Origin: a virus
Reading direction: 5' to 3' (one strand)
IMG/VR virus record: IMGVR_UViG_3300002835_000068
Span: 1-64,000 of that record
DNA length: 64,000 nt
Shown: positions 53,296 to 63,774 of the stretch, one piece after another
How the letters are laid out: each line of letters begins with the position of its first letter
How positions within the stretch are numbered: position 1 is the first letter of the stretch
Program-made: the position numbers and the translations under genes
Notes under the pieces: model-generated
Seen by the model: only the letters and a program-made list of their open reading frames with translations
Told to the model about the DNA's origin: nothing
Database searches by the model: none

Positions 53296-53603
53296 TGGCA
53301 GAACGCAAAGACCGTATGGCTTTGCTTTCAAGATACAGTAAGTATCATACCGCAAGGTACGAGTCAAAGCCATCACTTAATTTAAACGTAGAGCAGTGGG
53401 CCTCAGATGGCCTTGTAGAGTCATACGGACTATCTGGCTGCTACGATATACTTGAGTATTATTTTTCAGTTTCAGAAAATCCTTCATGGAATTACTTTGC
53501 TTATAACGCAGAAAAAATTTTACAGGCAAAAAAAGATAAAAAAAGAGACGATGAAGAGAGAGCAGAGCGTAGAAGAATGGCTAAGGAGTGGCTAAGTGAA
53601 TAA
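53295..53603 (+). CDS. Hypothetical protein upstream of helicase (possible loader)
   Basis: Coupled on both sides. Confidence 0.65.
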   Translation: MAERKDRMALLSRYSKYHTARYESKPSLNLNVEQWASDGLVESYGLSGCYDILEYYFSVSENPSWNYFAYNAEKILQAKKDKKRDDEERAERRRMAKEWLSE

Positions 53604-54816
53604 TACAGAGTCCAAACTAATTACTGCAGTTCTTCAGGATAAGCAGATCCACGTTCTTTTACAGGCCAACGTAGATAACTTACTTAGAACTCACGGAGAT
53701 ATTTGGAACTTCATACGGCTATACTTTGAAAACAATAAGTCACTTCCTCCTTCAGAATTGGTTACAGAAAAGTTTAGAGATTTCTCTCCTATTTCAAATG
53801 TTGGTGCAACAAAACATCACCTTGAAGAGTTGCAGGGAGAATATCTAAATGATAGCCTTAAAGATATCTTAAGATCTGCAGCAACAAATGTTCAAAACAA
53901 TCAGGGCAATATTGCACTAAATGATTTAATTACACAAACATCAGAGTTAAAGAAAAACACTTCGGCCATTCGTGATATTGACGTAACTGACCTTGAGTCT
54001 GCAGTAGCATACTTTGAGAATTTAAAGATTCAGCAAGCAGCAGGGCACGTTGGAATTAAAACCAATCTTCCAGGGTTCGATAACTATCTTCCTTCTGGAA
54101 TTATGCCAGGTCAATTAGGGGTCTTTTTAGCATACCCAGGTATAGGAAAGTCATGGATGGCTCTGTACTTTGCTGTACAAGCCTGGAAACAGGGTAAGAC
54201 ACCCCTTGTAATCTCACTTGAGATGAGCGAGACAGAAGTTCGTAACCGTGTATTTACAATTATGGGAGAAGGCCTTTGGTCGCACAGAAAATTGTCTAAT
54301 GGAGATGTTGAGTTGGACACTCTTAAGGCTTGGCATGAAAGGCACTTAAAGGGTAAGCCAGAGTTTCATATCATTTCAAATGACCAGGGTGGAGAAATCA
54401 ATCCGTCAGTTCTTCGTGGAAAGATTGATCAGTATAAACCAGACTTTGTAATCGTTGACTACCTACAGTTGATGGCTCCTAATCAGAAGTCAGACAACGA
54501 AACGGTACGAATGAAGAACCTTTCAAGAGAACTCAAACTCATGGCTATTGGAGAAGAGGTTCCAATTATTGCTATCTCATCTGCAACACCAGACGATGTA
54601 AATGATCTAAGCGGTGTTCCAACTCTTGGACAGACTGCTTGGTCAAGGCAGATTGCATACGATGCAGACTGGGTTATTGCACTTGGTCGTGCAAGCAATA
54701 GCGATATTATTGAGTGTGCTTTTAGAAAGAACCGTAATGGGTTTATGGGAGACTTCCTTGTACAGGTTGATTTTGACAAGGGATACTACAGATATAAAGA
54801 CTATGAAGATAAGTAG
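53596..54816 (+). CDS. dnaB: Replicative DNA helicase (DnaB-like)
   Basis: AYPGIGKS, SLEM, IVDYLQLM, KNRNG. Confidence 0.92.
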   Translation: MNNTESKLITAVLQDKQIHVLLQANVDNLLRTHGDIWNFIRLYFENNKSLPPSELVTEKFRDFSPISNVGATKHHLEELQGEYLNDSLKDILRSAATNVQNNQGNIALNDLITQTSELKKNTSAIRDIDVTDLESAVAYFENLKIQQAAGHVGIKTNLPGFDNYLPSGIMPGQLGVFLAYPGIGKSWMALYFAVQAWKQGKTPLVISLEMSETEVRNRVFTIMGEGLWSHRKLSNGDVELDTLKAWHERHLKGKPEFHIISNDQGGEINPSVLRGKIDQYKPDFVIVDYLQLMAPNQKSDNETVRMKNLSRELKLMAIGEEVPIIAISSATPDDVNDLSGVPTLGQTAWSRQIAYDADWVIALGRASNSDIIECAFRKNRNGFMGDFLVQVDFDKGYYRYKDYEDK

Positions 54817-54830
54817 GTATAATATGTTAC

Positions 54831-55157
54831 ATGGCGAACTATCACCACAAGCCAATCAAGAAGTTCAATTTGAATGGAGTAATTCATGACGAATCGGCAC
54901 TTGGCAGGCTTAAAGAAGAATATATCAGGCTACTGGAGTCTGAGATGCGCCTATCTGGATACGTACCAAGACTTGACATAAACCCAGACTTTACTATAGA
55001 CTATAATGAAAGAAAAAAATATTTTGAGTTTGAATTAACAGTACACGGTATACATACAGGGAGAAAGCAAAGCGAATGGATAGCAGGGATAGACGGAAGC
55101 ACACCAATCTATACACAAAAGAACAAATCAAAAGAGTTCTCACAGGAACAGGTGTAA
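54831..55157 (+). CDS. Hypothetical protein
   Basis: Leaderless after TATAAT 54818-54823. Confidence 0.65.
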   Translation: MANYHHKPIKKFNLNGVIHDESALGRLKEEYIRLLESEMRLSGYVPRLDINPDFTIDYNERKKYFEFELTVHGIHTGRKQSEWIAGIDGSTPIYTQKNKSKEFSQEQV

Positions 55158-56020
55158 CGATTGAGTCTGAGGTAGACTCAGACTATATAATCTTTTGTCC
55201 ATACCACAATAACAATAGAACGCCAGCAGGAGAAATAGACAAGAACAATGGAACATTTTTTTGCTTTGCCTGTCATCATGTAACTGGACTTACAGAGTTC
55301 GTAATGCATATGTCTAACAGGACTTACTTTGAAGCAGCAAGATTTATAAAAAGTAAAGAGACAGAAACAAGTATTGAGACCGATATAGATAAGGCGCTAT
55401 ACAAAAAGCCAGAGTTCACACTGTTTGATGAACTAGTTCTTAAGCGTTTGCACAATAACCTTCTTTCCTTTGATAGAGCAAAAGATTATTTTAACTACAG
55501 AAAGATAACCAAAGAGTCTGCATCAAAGTTTTCTTTAGGATACTCAGACAAACAGGATATGGTTACTGTACCTGTTCATAGCCCAGATGGTTTACCAATT
55601 GGCTTTGTTGGAAGATCTATTGAGGGCAAAGAGTTCAAGAATACTCCAGGACTTCCAAAATCAAAAACACTTTTTAATCTTCACAGGGTTAAGAGTTCTG
55701 GGAAAGTGTATGTTGTAGAGTCATCATTTGACGCTATTAGGCTTGACCAGTGTGGCTTTCCTGCAGTAGCAACCCTTGGCTCAAACGTATCTAACATACA
55801 AATAGAATTGCTTAAAAAGTACTTTAATGATATAATTGTTATTGCAGACAACGATGAAGCAGGTGGAAATATGAAAACTAAGATAGTTGAAAAACTTGGT
55901 TCTCGTGTATCTGTAATACAACTAAATAAGCAATATAAAGATATAGGCGACATGGACGATAAGTCAATTCAAGAACTGGACTTCCAGTTTGACAAATCAA
56001 TACAGTCTATGCTAAACTAA
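55076..56020 (+). CDS. dnaG: DNA primase (CHC2 zinc finger + Toprim)
   Basis: CPYH...CFAC; VVESSFD; DNDEAG. Confidence 0.9.
   Translation: MDSRDRRKHTNLYTKEQIKRVLTGTGVTIESEVDSDYIIFCPYHNNNRTPAGEIDKNNGTFFCFACHHVTGLTEFVMHMSNRTYFEAARFIKSKETETSIETDIDKALYKKPEFTLFDELVLKRLHNNLLSFDRAKDYFNYRKITKESASKFSLGYSDKQDMVTVPVHSPDGLPIGFVGRSIEGKEFKNTPGLPKSKTLFNLHRVKSSGKVYVVESSFDAIRLDQCGFPAVATLGSNVSNIQIELLKKYFNDIIVIADNDEAGGNMKTKIVEKLGSRVSVIQLNKQYKDIGDMDDKSIQELDFQFDKSIQSMLN
55989..56018 (+). promoter_or_regulatory. Promoter in primase 3' end driving SSB/DnaE
   Basis: TTGACA-N18-TAAACT with TG extension. Confidence 0.6.
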
Positions 56021-56044
56021 CATAACACAGAAAAGAGAAAACAC

Positions 56045-56698
56045 ATGGCAATACTAAGAGGAATAAAGGAAATGGGCCCAGTACTAGACGGCCCAAAGGG
56101 TGGAGATGGTCCAAAGGTTAAGTGGCTAAAACTTGCTGACGGACAATCAGTAAAGATTCGGTTCTTAGAAGAACTAGACGAAGATTCAGCAAACTATAAC
56201 GCAGAGCGTGGACTAGCAATTGTTGTATCAGAACACACAAACCCAAAGGACTATAAGCGCAAGGCTGTAGACACAATGGATACAGAAGGTCGTGACTGGG
56301 CTGAAGAAATGCACCGCAAGGATCCAAAGGCTGGCTGGAGAGCACGTCTTCGCTTCTACTGCAACGTTCTTGTAGACGATGGCATTGAATCACCATATGT
56401 TGCAATCTGGTCAATGGGTATCAGCAAGCAATCATCATTCAACACAATTCGTGAGTATGCACTTGAAACAGGAAGCATCTCAAATGTACAGTGGAAGTTA
56501 AAGCGTAATGGTCAGGGAACTGAAACAAATTACACTCTTATTCCATCTGCACCAGACAAGGAACCATTTAACTGGGGAGACATTAAGCCTTACCCACTAG
56601 AATCTGCACTACGCAAGGTTCCATACGCAGAACAAGAAGCGTTCTATTTGGGCTTTGATGGCCCATCTGCCACCTCAGCAACTAACGCTGATTGGTAA
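56045..56698 (+). CDS. Single-stranded DNA-binding protein (gp32-like)
   Basis: LADGQSVKIRFL, KRNGQGTETNYTL; between primase and polymerase. Confidence 0.7.
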   Translation: MAILRGIKEMGPVLDGPKGGDGPKVKWLKLADGQSVKIRFLEELDEDSANYNAERGLAIVVSEHTNPKDYKRKAVDTMDTEGRDWAEEMHRKDPKAGWRARLRFYCNVLVDDGIESPYVAIWSMGISKQSSFNTIREYALETGSISNVQWKLKRNGQGTETNYTLIPSAPDKEPFNWGDIKPYPLESALRKVPYAEQEAFYLGFDGPSATSATNADW

Positions 56699-56699
56699 T

Positions 56700-59600
56700 A
56701 TGAACTACGTCGGCTTACATGTCCATACCCATTTTAGTTTATTTGATGGGATTGCTACTCCAGAAGAATACGTGAACCGTGCAGTTGAGTTAGGGATGCC
56801 TGCAATAGCCATCACTGACCACGGTACTTTATCTGGGCATAGGGAACTGCACCGTATTGCAAAAGCAAAGGGCATTAAGCCAATTCTAGGTCTAGAAGGA
56901 TACATGTGTGCAGACATATCTGATACACGAGATAAGTCTGAAAGAGAAGGTCAACAAGATCTTGTCTACAATCACATTATCCTTCTAGCCAAGAATCAAA
57001 TTGGTTTAGAAAATCTTAACAAGATTAGTGAACTATCTTGGACAGATGGTTTTTTTAAGAAGCCACGATTTGACTTTACTATTTTAGAAAAGTATAAAGA
57101 GGGTATTATCGTTACCTCTGCTTGTCCAAGTAGCGTTTTAGTTAAAGCACTTGAGGAAGAAGAGTTTGCACTTGCTAAGAAGTACATTTCTTGGTTTAAA
57201 GAACGTTTTGGAGATGATTACTACATTGAAGTCATGCCACATAACGAAGCACACATTAATAAATATCTTATTGCACTTGCTGACGAGTTTGAAGTCAAGG
57301 TAGTTGTAACTCCAGACTGTCACCATGTTGACTCATCACAAAAGGAAGTTCAAGAGTTTAAGTTGCTCATGAACACACACGGCAAGGTATTAAAAGATAC
57401 AACATACGAAAAGTCAAAAAAGAAAACAAACATGATGGAACGCCTTGACTACCTTTATGGAGAAGACCGTCAGATTACTTTTAATAAGTTTGATATTCAT
57501 CTGCTCTCATATGAAGAGATGAAGGCAGCGATGGAATCGCAGGGGATTGATCGACCAGACATCTACTCAAATACACTCCTATTAGCAGATACAGTAGGAG
57601 ACTATGGCATTCAAGATGGCATGAATCTTCTACCTGTACAGTATAAGAGTCCAGATAAAGAACTAAAGAAGATTGCATACGAAGGTTTAGAGCAAAGAGG
57701 TTTTGCAAATAACCCAGAATATGTTGCAAGAGTTGAAGAAGAACTTGAAATTATTAAAGATAAGAAGTTTGCTCCATACTTCCTTGTAGTTCAAAGCATG
57801 ATTGCTTGGGCTAAGAAAGAAGGAATAATGGTAGGGCCAGGTCGAGGATCTGCTGCTGGATCATTGGTTTGCTACGCTCTTGGAATTACAGATGTAGATC
57901 CTATTAAGTATGGACTTTTGTTTTTCCGTTTTATTAATCCAGAGCGCAACGACTTCCCTGATATTGATACAGATATTCAAGACTCTCGTCGTGATGAGGT
58001 TAAAGACTATCTTGTTAGACAATATAGGCACGTTGCATCTATTGCGACATTCTTACAGTTTAAAGATAAGGGTGTTGTCCGAGATGTTGCACGAGTATTA
58101 AACATTCCTCTTACAGACGTTAATAAGGTACTTAAGTTAGTTGACACTTGGGAAGACTTCTGCACATCAAAGTCAACAAGAGAGTTTAGAGAAAAGTATC
58201 CAGAGGTAGAGATTTATGGAGAGCAACTTCGTGGTCGCATTCGTGGTACAGGTATTCATGCTGCTGGTGTTGTAACATCTAAGGATCCAATCTTTAGATA
58301 TGCACCAATGGAAACAAGATCATCTCCAGGTTCTGATGAAAGAATTCCTGTTGTTGGTGTTGATATGGAAGAAGCAGAGCGAATTGGCCTTATTAAGATT
58401 GATGCTTTGGGTCTAAAGACTCTTAGTGTTATTCAAGATGCTGTTGCAATGATTAAAGAGAATCATTACAAGGATATTGATTTACACTCGCTTGACCTTG
58501 CAGACCCAAAGATTTATGAAATGCTTTCTGACGGCTACACAAAAGGTGTATTCCAGTGTGAAGCAACACCATACACAAACCTTCTTGTTAAGATGGGTGT
58601 AAAGAACTTTAACGAACTTGCTGCATCAAATGCTCTTGTTCGTCCAGGTGCTATGAATACAATTGGTAAAGATTACATTGCACGTAAGCACGGAAAGCAG
58701 AATGTATCTTATAGTCACCAAATTATGAAACCATTTACGGAGGATACTTATGGTTGCGTTTTATACCAGGAACAAGTTATGCAAGCATGCGTACACCTTG
58801 GACAGATGTCCATGTCAGAAGCAGATAAAGTTAGAAAGATCATTGGAAAGAAAAAAGATGCTAAAGACTTTGATGAGTTCAAAGACAGGTTTGTCAAGGG
58901 CGCTTCTGCCTTTGTTAGTCCCAATCAGGCTCTTGATCTATGGCATGACTTTGAAGCGCATGCGGGTTACTCGTTCAACAAGTCTCATGCGGTTGCTTAC
59001 TCTACGCTCTCGTATTGGACGGCGTGGCTAAAGTATTATTATCCACTAGAGTTTATGTTTGCCCTTCTTAAAAATGAAAAGGACAAGGATAACAGAACTG
59101 AGTACCTTATTGAGGCAAAGCGTATGGGGATTCCTGTAAAGTTACCTCATATCAACGACTCAGACTTTGACTTTAAGATTGAAGGTAAAGGTATTAGATT
59201 TGGCCTGACTGGTATTAAGTACATATCAAGCAACATTGCAGAAAAGTATATTGCTGCAAGACCTTTTAAGACATTGAAAGAGGTGGAGGAGTTTACTTTT
59301 ACCAAAGGTAATGGGGTAAACAGTCGTGCACTTCAAGCAATGAATATGGTTGGCGCTTTAACGTTTCCAGATAATCCAAGAAACGATAGTCAGATTAAAG
59401 AAAACCTATACGAATATTTAAACCTTCCAGAGTTTAATATTACAATTCCTTCACACTACTACGCATTTATACAGGATGTGGAAGAGTTTGAGGAAAAGGG
59501 GTCATATGTTTTACTGGGTATGGTAAAATCAATTAAACGAGGAACAGGATGGTCACGAGTTGAAGTTTTGGACAAGACTGGTAGTGTTGGTATATTTGAT

Positions 59601-59975
59601 GAAGAAGGAACGACTATTGAGACTGGTCGTACTTACCTTATTCTTTGTAATGATAACAGGATTGTTTCTGCAGTACCTGCTGATGAAATAAAAGGATCTT
59701 CAAACGCCCTTGTAAAGTTCTTGGGTTATAAGCAGTTACCTTATAAAGATGAAGAAATGTTTGTAGTTTCTTTTAAACCAAGAATTACAAAGGCTGGAAA
59801 AAAGATGGCATCTCTTACATTAGCAGATACAGACAGAGATCTTCATTCTATTACAGTTTTCCCTACATCTTTTGCAAAAGCATATATGCATATTGAAGAA
59901 GGAAAGGCTTATAAATTTAGTTTTGGTAAAACAAAAGACGGAACAGTAACATTGGAGGATGTACATGTCAGTTAG
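56700..59975 (+). CDS. dnaE: DNA polymerase III alpha subunit
   Basis: PHP HVHTHFS...TDHG; GRGSAAGS; PDIDTD; YSFNKSH. Confidence 0.95.
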   Translation: MNYVGLHVHTHFSLFDGIATPEEYVNRAVELGMPAIAITDHGTLSGHRELHRIAKAKGIKPILGLEGYMCADISDTRDKSEREGQQDLVYNHIILLAKNQIGLENLNKISELSWTDGFFKKPRFDFTILEKYKEGIIVTSACPSSVLVKALEEEEFALAKKYISWFKERFGDDYYIEVMPHNEAHINKYLIALADEFEVKVVVTPDCHHVDSSQKEVQEFKLLMNTHGKVLKDTTYEKSKKKTNMMERLDYLYGEDRQITFNKFDIHLLSYEEMKAAMESQGIDRPDIYSNTLLLADTVGDYGIQDGMNLLPVQYKSPDKELKKIAYEGLEQRGFANNPEYVARVEEELEIIKDKKFAPYFLVVQSMIAWAKKEGIMVGPGRGSAAGSLVCYALGITDVDPIKYGLLFFRFINPERNDFPDIDTDIQDSRRDEVKDYLVRQYRHVASIATFLQFKDKGVVRDVARVLNIPLTDVNKVLKLVDTWEDFCTSKSTREFREKYPEVEIYGEQLRGRIRGTGIHAAGVVTSKDPIFRYAPMETRSSPGSDERIPVVGVDMEEAERIGLIKIDALGLKTLSVIQDAVAMIKENHYKDIDLHSLDLADPKIYEMLSDGYTKGVFQCEATPYTNLLVKMGVKNFNELAASNALVRPGAMNTIGKDYIARKHGKQNVSYSHQIMKPFTEDTYGCVLYQEQVMQACVHLGQMSMSEADKVRKIIGKKKDAKDFDEFKDRFVKGASAFVSPNQALDLWHDFEAHAGYSFNKSHAVAYSTLSYWTAWLKYYYPLEFMFALLKNEKDKDNRTEYLIEAKRMGIPVKLPHINDSDFDFKIEGKGIRFGLTGIKYISSNIAEKYIAARPFKTLKEVEEFTFTKGNGVNSRALQAMNMVGALTFPDNPRNDSQIKENLYEYLNLPEFNITIPSHYYAFIQDVEEFEEKGSYVLLGMVKSIKRGTGWSRVEVLDKTGSVGIFDEEGTTIETGRTYLILCNDNRIVSAVPADEIKGSSNALVKFLGYKQLPYKDEEMFVVSFKPRITKAGKKMASLTLADTDRDLHSITVFPTSFAKAYMHIEEGKAYKFSFGKTKDGTVTLEDVHVS

Positions 59976-60975
59976 TATCGAAGAAGCGTTAGCACAGTTA
60001 GATCCCAAGTTAAGAAAGAGATTGGGCAGTGGAGTAGGAGTCAACTATGAGTATCAGCCCACTCCTAGTTTTGGGCTAAACCGTGCTCTTGGTGGAGGGC
60101 TTCCTTACGGTAGACAGGTACTTATCTGGGGATCAAAGTCTTCAGCAAAGTCTTCTATGTGTCTTCAGATGATCGCTTTAGCACAGGCAGAAGGAAAGTT
60201 GTGTGCATGGATTGACTCAGAGATGTCATACTCAGAAGACTGGGCTAGAACTTTGGGAGTAGATCCAGAAAAACTAATCTACTCACAAGCAAGAACTATT
60301 AGCGATATGGTAGATGTAGGTGTTGGACTTATGAACGCTGGAGTTGACCTAATTGTGGTAGACTCTATTACATCAATGCTTCCAGCAATCTATTTTGAAA
60401 AAGATACAGATGAGATGAAGGCATTAGAAAACACTAAACAGATTGGAGCCGAATCCCGTGACTTTAGTAACGCATGGAAAATGCTTAACTATGCAAACAA
60501 TAAAGTTAAGCCAACTCTGCTTGTTCTCATTTCTCAGTCTCGTAATAATATTAATGCTATGTATACTAGCCAGCAGCCTTCTGGTGGCCAGGCTACTAAG
60601 TTTTATTCCTCATGTATTGTTAAACTCTTTTCTTCAGAGTCAGACAATCAAGCGATTAAGGGCAAGATCAAAGTAGGAGATAAATTAATTGAAGAAAAAA
60701 TTGGTAGAACTATTAAATGGGAACTCCAGTTCTCCAAAACCTCTCCAGGGTTCCAATCTGGTGAGTATGATTTTTACTTTAGAGGTGACGATATTGGTCT
60801 TGATACCATTGGTGATCTGGTTACTACAGCAGAACTAAATGGTATTGTAGAGCGCACAGGGGCTTGGTATATCCTTCCTGATGGCTCAAAGGTTCAGGGT
60901 AAGGAAGCGTTTGTGAATCGTGTAAGAGAGGATCTTGACTTGCAAGAATCAATCAAGGCAAGGTTAAATGGCTAA
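59965..60975 (+). CDS. recA: RecA-like recombinase
   Basis: LNRALGGGLPYGR, WIDSE, VVDSI, SGGQATKFY, GAWY; GGAGG SD. Confidence 0.9.
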   Translation: MSVSIEEALAQLDPKLRKRLGSGVGVNYEYQPTPSFGLNRALGGGLPYGRQVLIWGSKSSAKSSMCLQMIALAQAEGKLCAWIDSEMSYSEDWARTLGVDPEKLIYSQARTISDMVDVGVGLMNAGVDLIVVDSITSMLPAIYFEKDTDEMKALENTKQIGAESRDFSNAWKMLNYANNKVKPTLLVLISQSRNNINAMYTSQQPSGGQATKFYSSCIVKLFSSESDNQAIKGKIKVGDKLIEEKIGRTIKWELQFSKTSPGFQSGEYDFYFRGDDIGLDTIGDLVTTAELNGIVERTGAWYILPDGSKVQGKEAFVNRVREDLDLQESIKARLNG

Positions 60976-61144
60976 CTACAGCATATACGAAGGAAAGTTT
61001 CCTTGCAAAACATGTAAAAAAGAAGTAAAGACTATGAGAGTTTATATGGAGACTGGAATGGCCTCTTGGATGTGCTCAGACAAACATCTGTCAGAGGTGA
61101 TGCTATTTAAAAAAGGATACAAGAAAGTAAAAAGAGATGACTGA
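60968..61144 (+). CDS. 58-aa zinc-ribbon protein (below ORF-track cutoff)
   Basis: MANYSIYEGKFPCKTC...WMCSDKH...; overlaps both neighbours. Confidence 0.65.
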   Translation: MANYSIYEGKFPCKTCKKEVKTMRVYMETGMASWMCSDKHLSEVMLFKKGYKKVKRDD

Positions 61145-61421
61145 AAAAAGTGAAAGCAAAAGGATTGGGGCTAAGCAGCACAAGAACTCTGGTCGTAACA
61201 CCCAAAAGGGAGATGCTTCTTGGAAAAACTTTGTTGTAGATTTTAAAGAGGTTGGAAAATCTTTTACTTTAAATAAAGAGGTTTGGGCAAAGGCTACCAC
61301 CGATGCTATGAAGAATGGCAAGGATCCAGCAATAGTTGTAGTAATAGGCGAGGGTAACTCAAAGGTAAGACTTGCAATAATTGAAATGTCAATTCTTGAG
61401 AATCTAACTGATGGTGTATAA
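61137..61421 (+). CDS. Holliday junction resolvase-like PD-(D/E)XK nuclease
   Basis: NSG...KGDA...VDFKE. Confidence 0.7.
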   Translation: MTEKSESKRIGAKQHKNSGRNTQKGDASWKNFVVDFKEVGKSFTLNKEVWAKATTDAMKNGKDPAIVVVIGEGNSKVRLAIIEMSILENLTDGV

Positions 61422-61428
61422 TAAGAGT

Positions 61429-62061
61429 ATGGCAAACAATAGTTATAAAGAAAATGTATTTACTGAAGAAGAAATTAAGGATATAGAGACAAACATCTCA
61501 AATGAACTTAAAAGTAGAGAGCATGTTGAATGGTCAGATGCTCTTATGGGTAATACACATACAGAAAACCTTGTTAGAATTAAAAGAGATTTTCTTGGAA
61601 GGATTGAAATTAATAACCTACCAATGCCAGACTCAGTTATTGAAAAGGTTTTAAAACTTGCAAAAGATATGTATCAACTAGAAACTTCACACCCTCAAAA
61701 TATTAGTGGTATAACGTACGTTGAGTATAATCCAAAATATGGTACACCATCTTTAAATGTTCATAAAGATAATGGGTCCTGTGGCTTTATATTGGATTAT
61801 CAACTTGCTTCAAACATATCTTGGCCATTTGGTGTTGAGGAGTCGACATACGTCTTGTCAGATAATTCTATTTTGGCTATGTATCCAACCACACATTATC
61901 ATTGGAGACCAAGTATTAAATGGAGTGAGGGTAACTTTGTTAGACTTATATTCTTTGAGTTTTTTACTCCAGGGCTAATAAAGGTTGAAGATCCAGAAAA
62001 GTATCAAAGTGCTTTGAGTTTTGCCAATAGTTTTGTACAGGAGGATAAGAATGAAGTATGA
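61429..62061 (+). CDS. 2OG-Fe(II) oxygenase-like protein, triplet member 1
   Basis: LNVHKD...DYQL..NISWP...HWRP; leaderless. Confidence 0.75.
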   Translation: MANNSYKENVFTEEEIKDIETNISNELKSREHVEWSDALMGNTHTENLVRIKRDFLGRIEINNLPMPDSVIEKVLKLAKDMYQLETSHPQNISGITYVEYNPKYGTPSLNVHKDNGSCGFILDYQLASNISWPFGVEESTYVLSDNSILAMYPTTHYHWRPSIKWSEGNFVRLIFFEFFTPGLIKVEDPEKYQSALSFANSFVQEDKNEV

Positions 62062-62641
62062 TGAAGTAAATACGATTGTTGACTCAGTTTTAACTGAAGA
62101 AGAAATTAAAATGATTTATTCGTTAGTTGAAAAGTCTAACGAGGGCTACCTAATGGAACTGTTTAATCAAAAAATATCAAACTTTCCATTACCAGAAGAT
62201 ATATCTAAAAAAATAATTAGTAAATGTGAGGAGTTGTCTGGGGAGTCAGGATTGGAGATATCTGAGTACCAGTTTTCTAAATATGAAAAAACAACAGATG
62301 AAAATGGAAAGACAAGGTATCCAAACCTATTCCCTCATTTTGACGACACCTTTCCAGAGCCAAGGTTCACCTTTGACTATCAGATAGGTGGTAATACTAC
62401 CTGGCCACTAGTAGTTGAAGGCAGTGTCTTTGAGTTAAAAAATAATCAGGCTTTAACATTTTCTGGAACACACCAGATTCATTGGAGAGTAAAAAAAGAT
62501 TTTAAAGATGGAGAAAGAATAGATATGATTTTCTTCCATCTCAGAAAAAGAGGCGGGGATAAAAAAGACCCTTCTGTAAACGAAACAATGAATGCTAAAG
62601 AGGGAAAGTTTAGAAAGATGTACGATCAGGGGAATAACTAA
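62051..62641 (+). CDS. 2OG-Fe(II) oxygenase-like protein, triplet member 2
   Basis: LFPHFD...DYQI..NTTWP...HWR. Confidence 0.75.
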   Translation: MKYDEVNTIVDSVLTEEEIKMIYSLVEKSNEGYLMELFNQKISNFPLPEDISKKIISKCEELSGESGLEISEYQFSKYEKTTDENGKTRYPNLFPHFDDTFPEPRFTFDYQIGGNTTWPLVVEGSVFELKNNQALTFSGTHQIHWRVKKDFKDGERIDMIFFHLRKRGGDKKDPSVNETMNAKEGKFRKMYDQGNN

Positions 62642-62642
62642 A

Positions 62643-63431
62643 ATGGCAGAAATGCATAACTACCTAACACCAATGGATAAGTATTCAAAAAGACTGCCTT
62701 TTTATATAGACAACTTATTTGATTCAGACCAAGTTTTAAGAATTAAATCTCTTTTAGAAGAGAACAGAAAACTAGAACCTTTTATCATTGGTGACAGAAT
62801 TGAAGATGGATACATAAGAACTTCTGAATTTAGAAGTAGGTATCAGCCAAAGATTGCAAAGAATATGTCAAGAACTTTGATCGAGTTTGATATGCCAGAA
62901 GACTGTGAGAAGGTTTTGGATAGCATTGCTAAGCCGTTGTATGACGGTGATATAGCGCTATGTCACTATAACTATATTGACTACAATATTAAGTATGGGT
63001 ATGGAGACAATAGCCCAGCGCTACCACCACACCTTGATGCAGATGAGAACCTTATAACTATTAACTACTGCCTTGATACAAATATTGACTGGGACCTTTA
63101 CATAAGTACCCCAGAAGATTCTTCTAAATTTGAAAAGTATACACTGACTGCTGGTCAAACCATTGTCTTTAGTGCTGTTAATCAAATTCACTGGAGACCA
63201 AAAAGAAAATTTAAAGAAGGGGAGTTCTGTGAGATTATTAGCATGGATTACTGCCCAACTACCAACTATAGGTTTACTGGAGAGGACAATCCTATTGATC
63301 CAGAAAAAAGCCCAATGAAAAGAAAAGAGTATCTAGATAAGTTACAGTCTCGCCAAGAGATGATGGCTGCATTTAATTTATGGAACGAAGAGGGTCTTCG
63401 TGACGGTATTGACATGAAATCGATGGGGTAA
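62643..63431 (+). CDS. 2OG-Fe(II) oxygenase-like protein, triplet member 3
   Basis: LPPHLD...NYCL..NIDWD...HWRP. Confidence 0.75.
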   Translation: MAEMHNYLTPMDKYSKRLPFYIDNLFDSDQVLRIKSLLEENRKLEPFIIGDRIEDGYIRTSEFRSRYQPKIAKNMSRTLIEFDMPEDCEKVLDSIAKPLYDGDIALCHYNYIDYNIKYGYGDNSPALPPHLDADENLITINYCLDTNIDWDLYISTPEDSSKFEKYTLTAGQTIVFSAVNQIHWRPKRKFKEGEFCEIISMDYCPTTNYRFTGEDNPIDPEKSPMKRKEYLDKLQSRQEMMAAFNLWNEEGLRDGIDMKSMG

Positions 63432-63433
63432 AC

Positions 63434-63739
63434 ATGGAACAACAAGGTACAACAATAGATATGGTAAACGGTCTAGCAGAGATTGCAGACTACATGCAGG
63501 ATGAGGAGTTAACAGTAGCGCTTACAATGATAGCCAAGTTAATTATTAAGCCAGACATTCCTTTGAACGTAGCACACGTAGAGATAGTACGGCTTCAAGC
63601 AATAGCAGCAAAGATGGCTTTTAAGGCTACATGGATGGCTAATGTTGATAAGTCAGATCGTGGAAAGAAGAATCTTTATTATACTGCAGCAGAGTCTCTT
63701 AATAATTTAGTGTCTGCACTCAAATATATAACCCGTTAA
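63434..63739 (+). CDS. Conserved helical hypothetical protein
   Basis: Clean ORF, GGGG SD-like upstream. Confidence 0.7.
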   Translation: MEQQGTTIDMVNGLAEIADYMQDEELTVALTMIAKLIIKPDIPLNVAHVEIVRLQAIAAKMAFKATWMANVDKSDRGKKNLYYTAAESLNNLVSALKYITR

Positions 63740-63774
63740 TCTGCTATACTTATACTAATAGAAACGAGTAAAAC

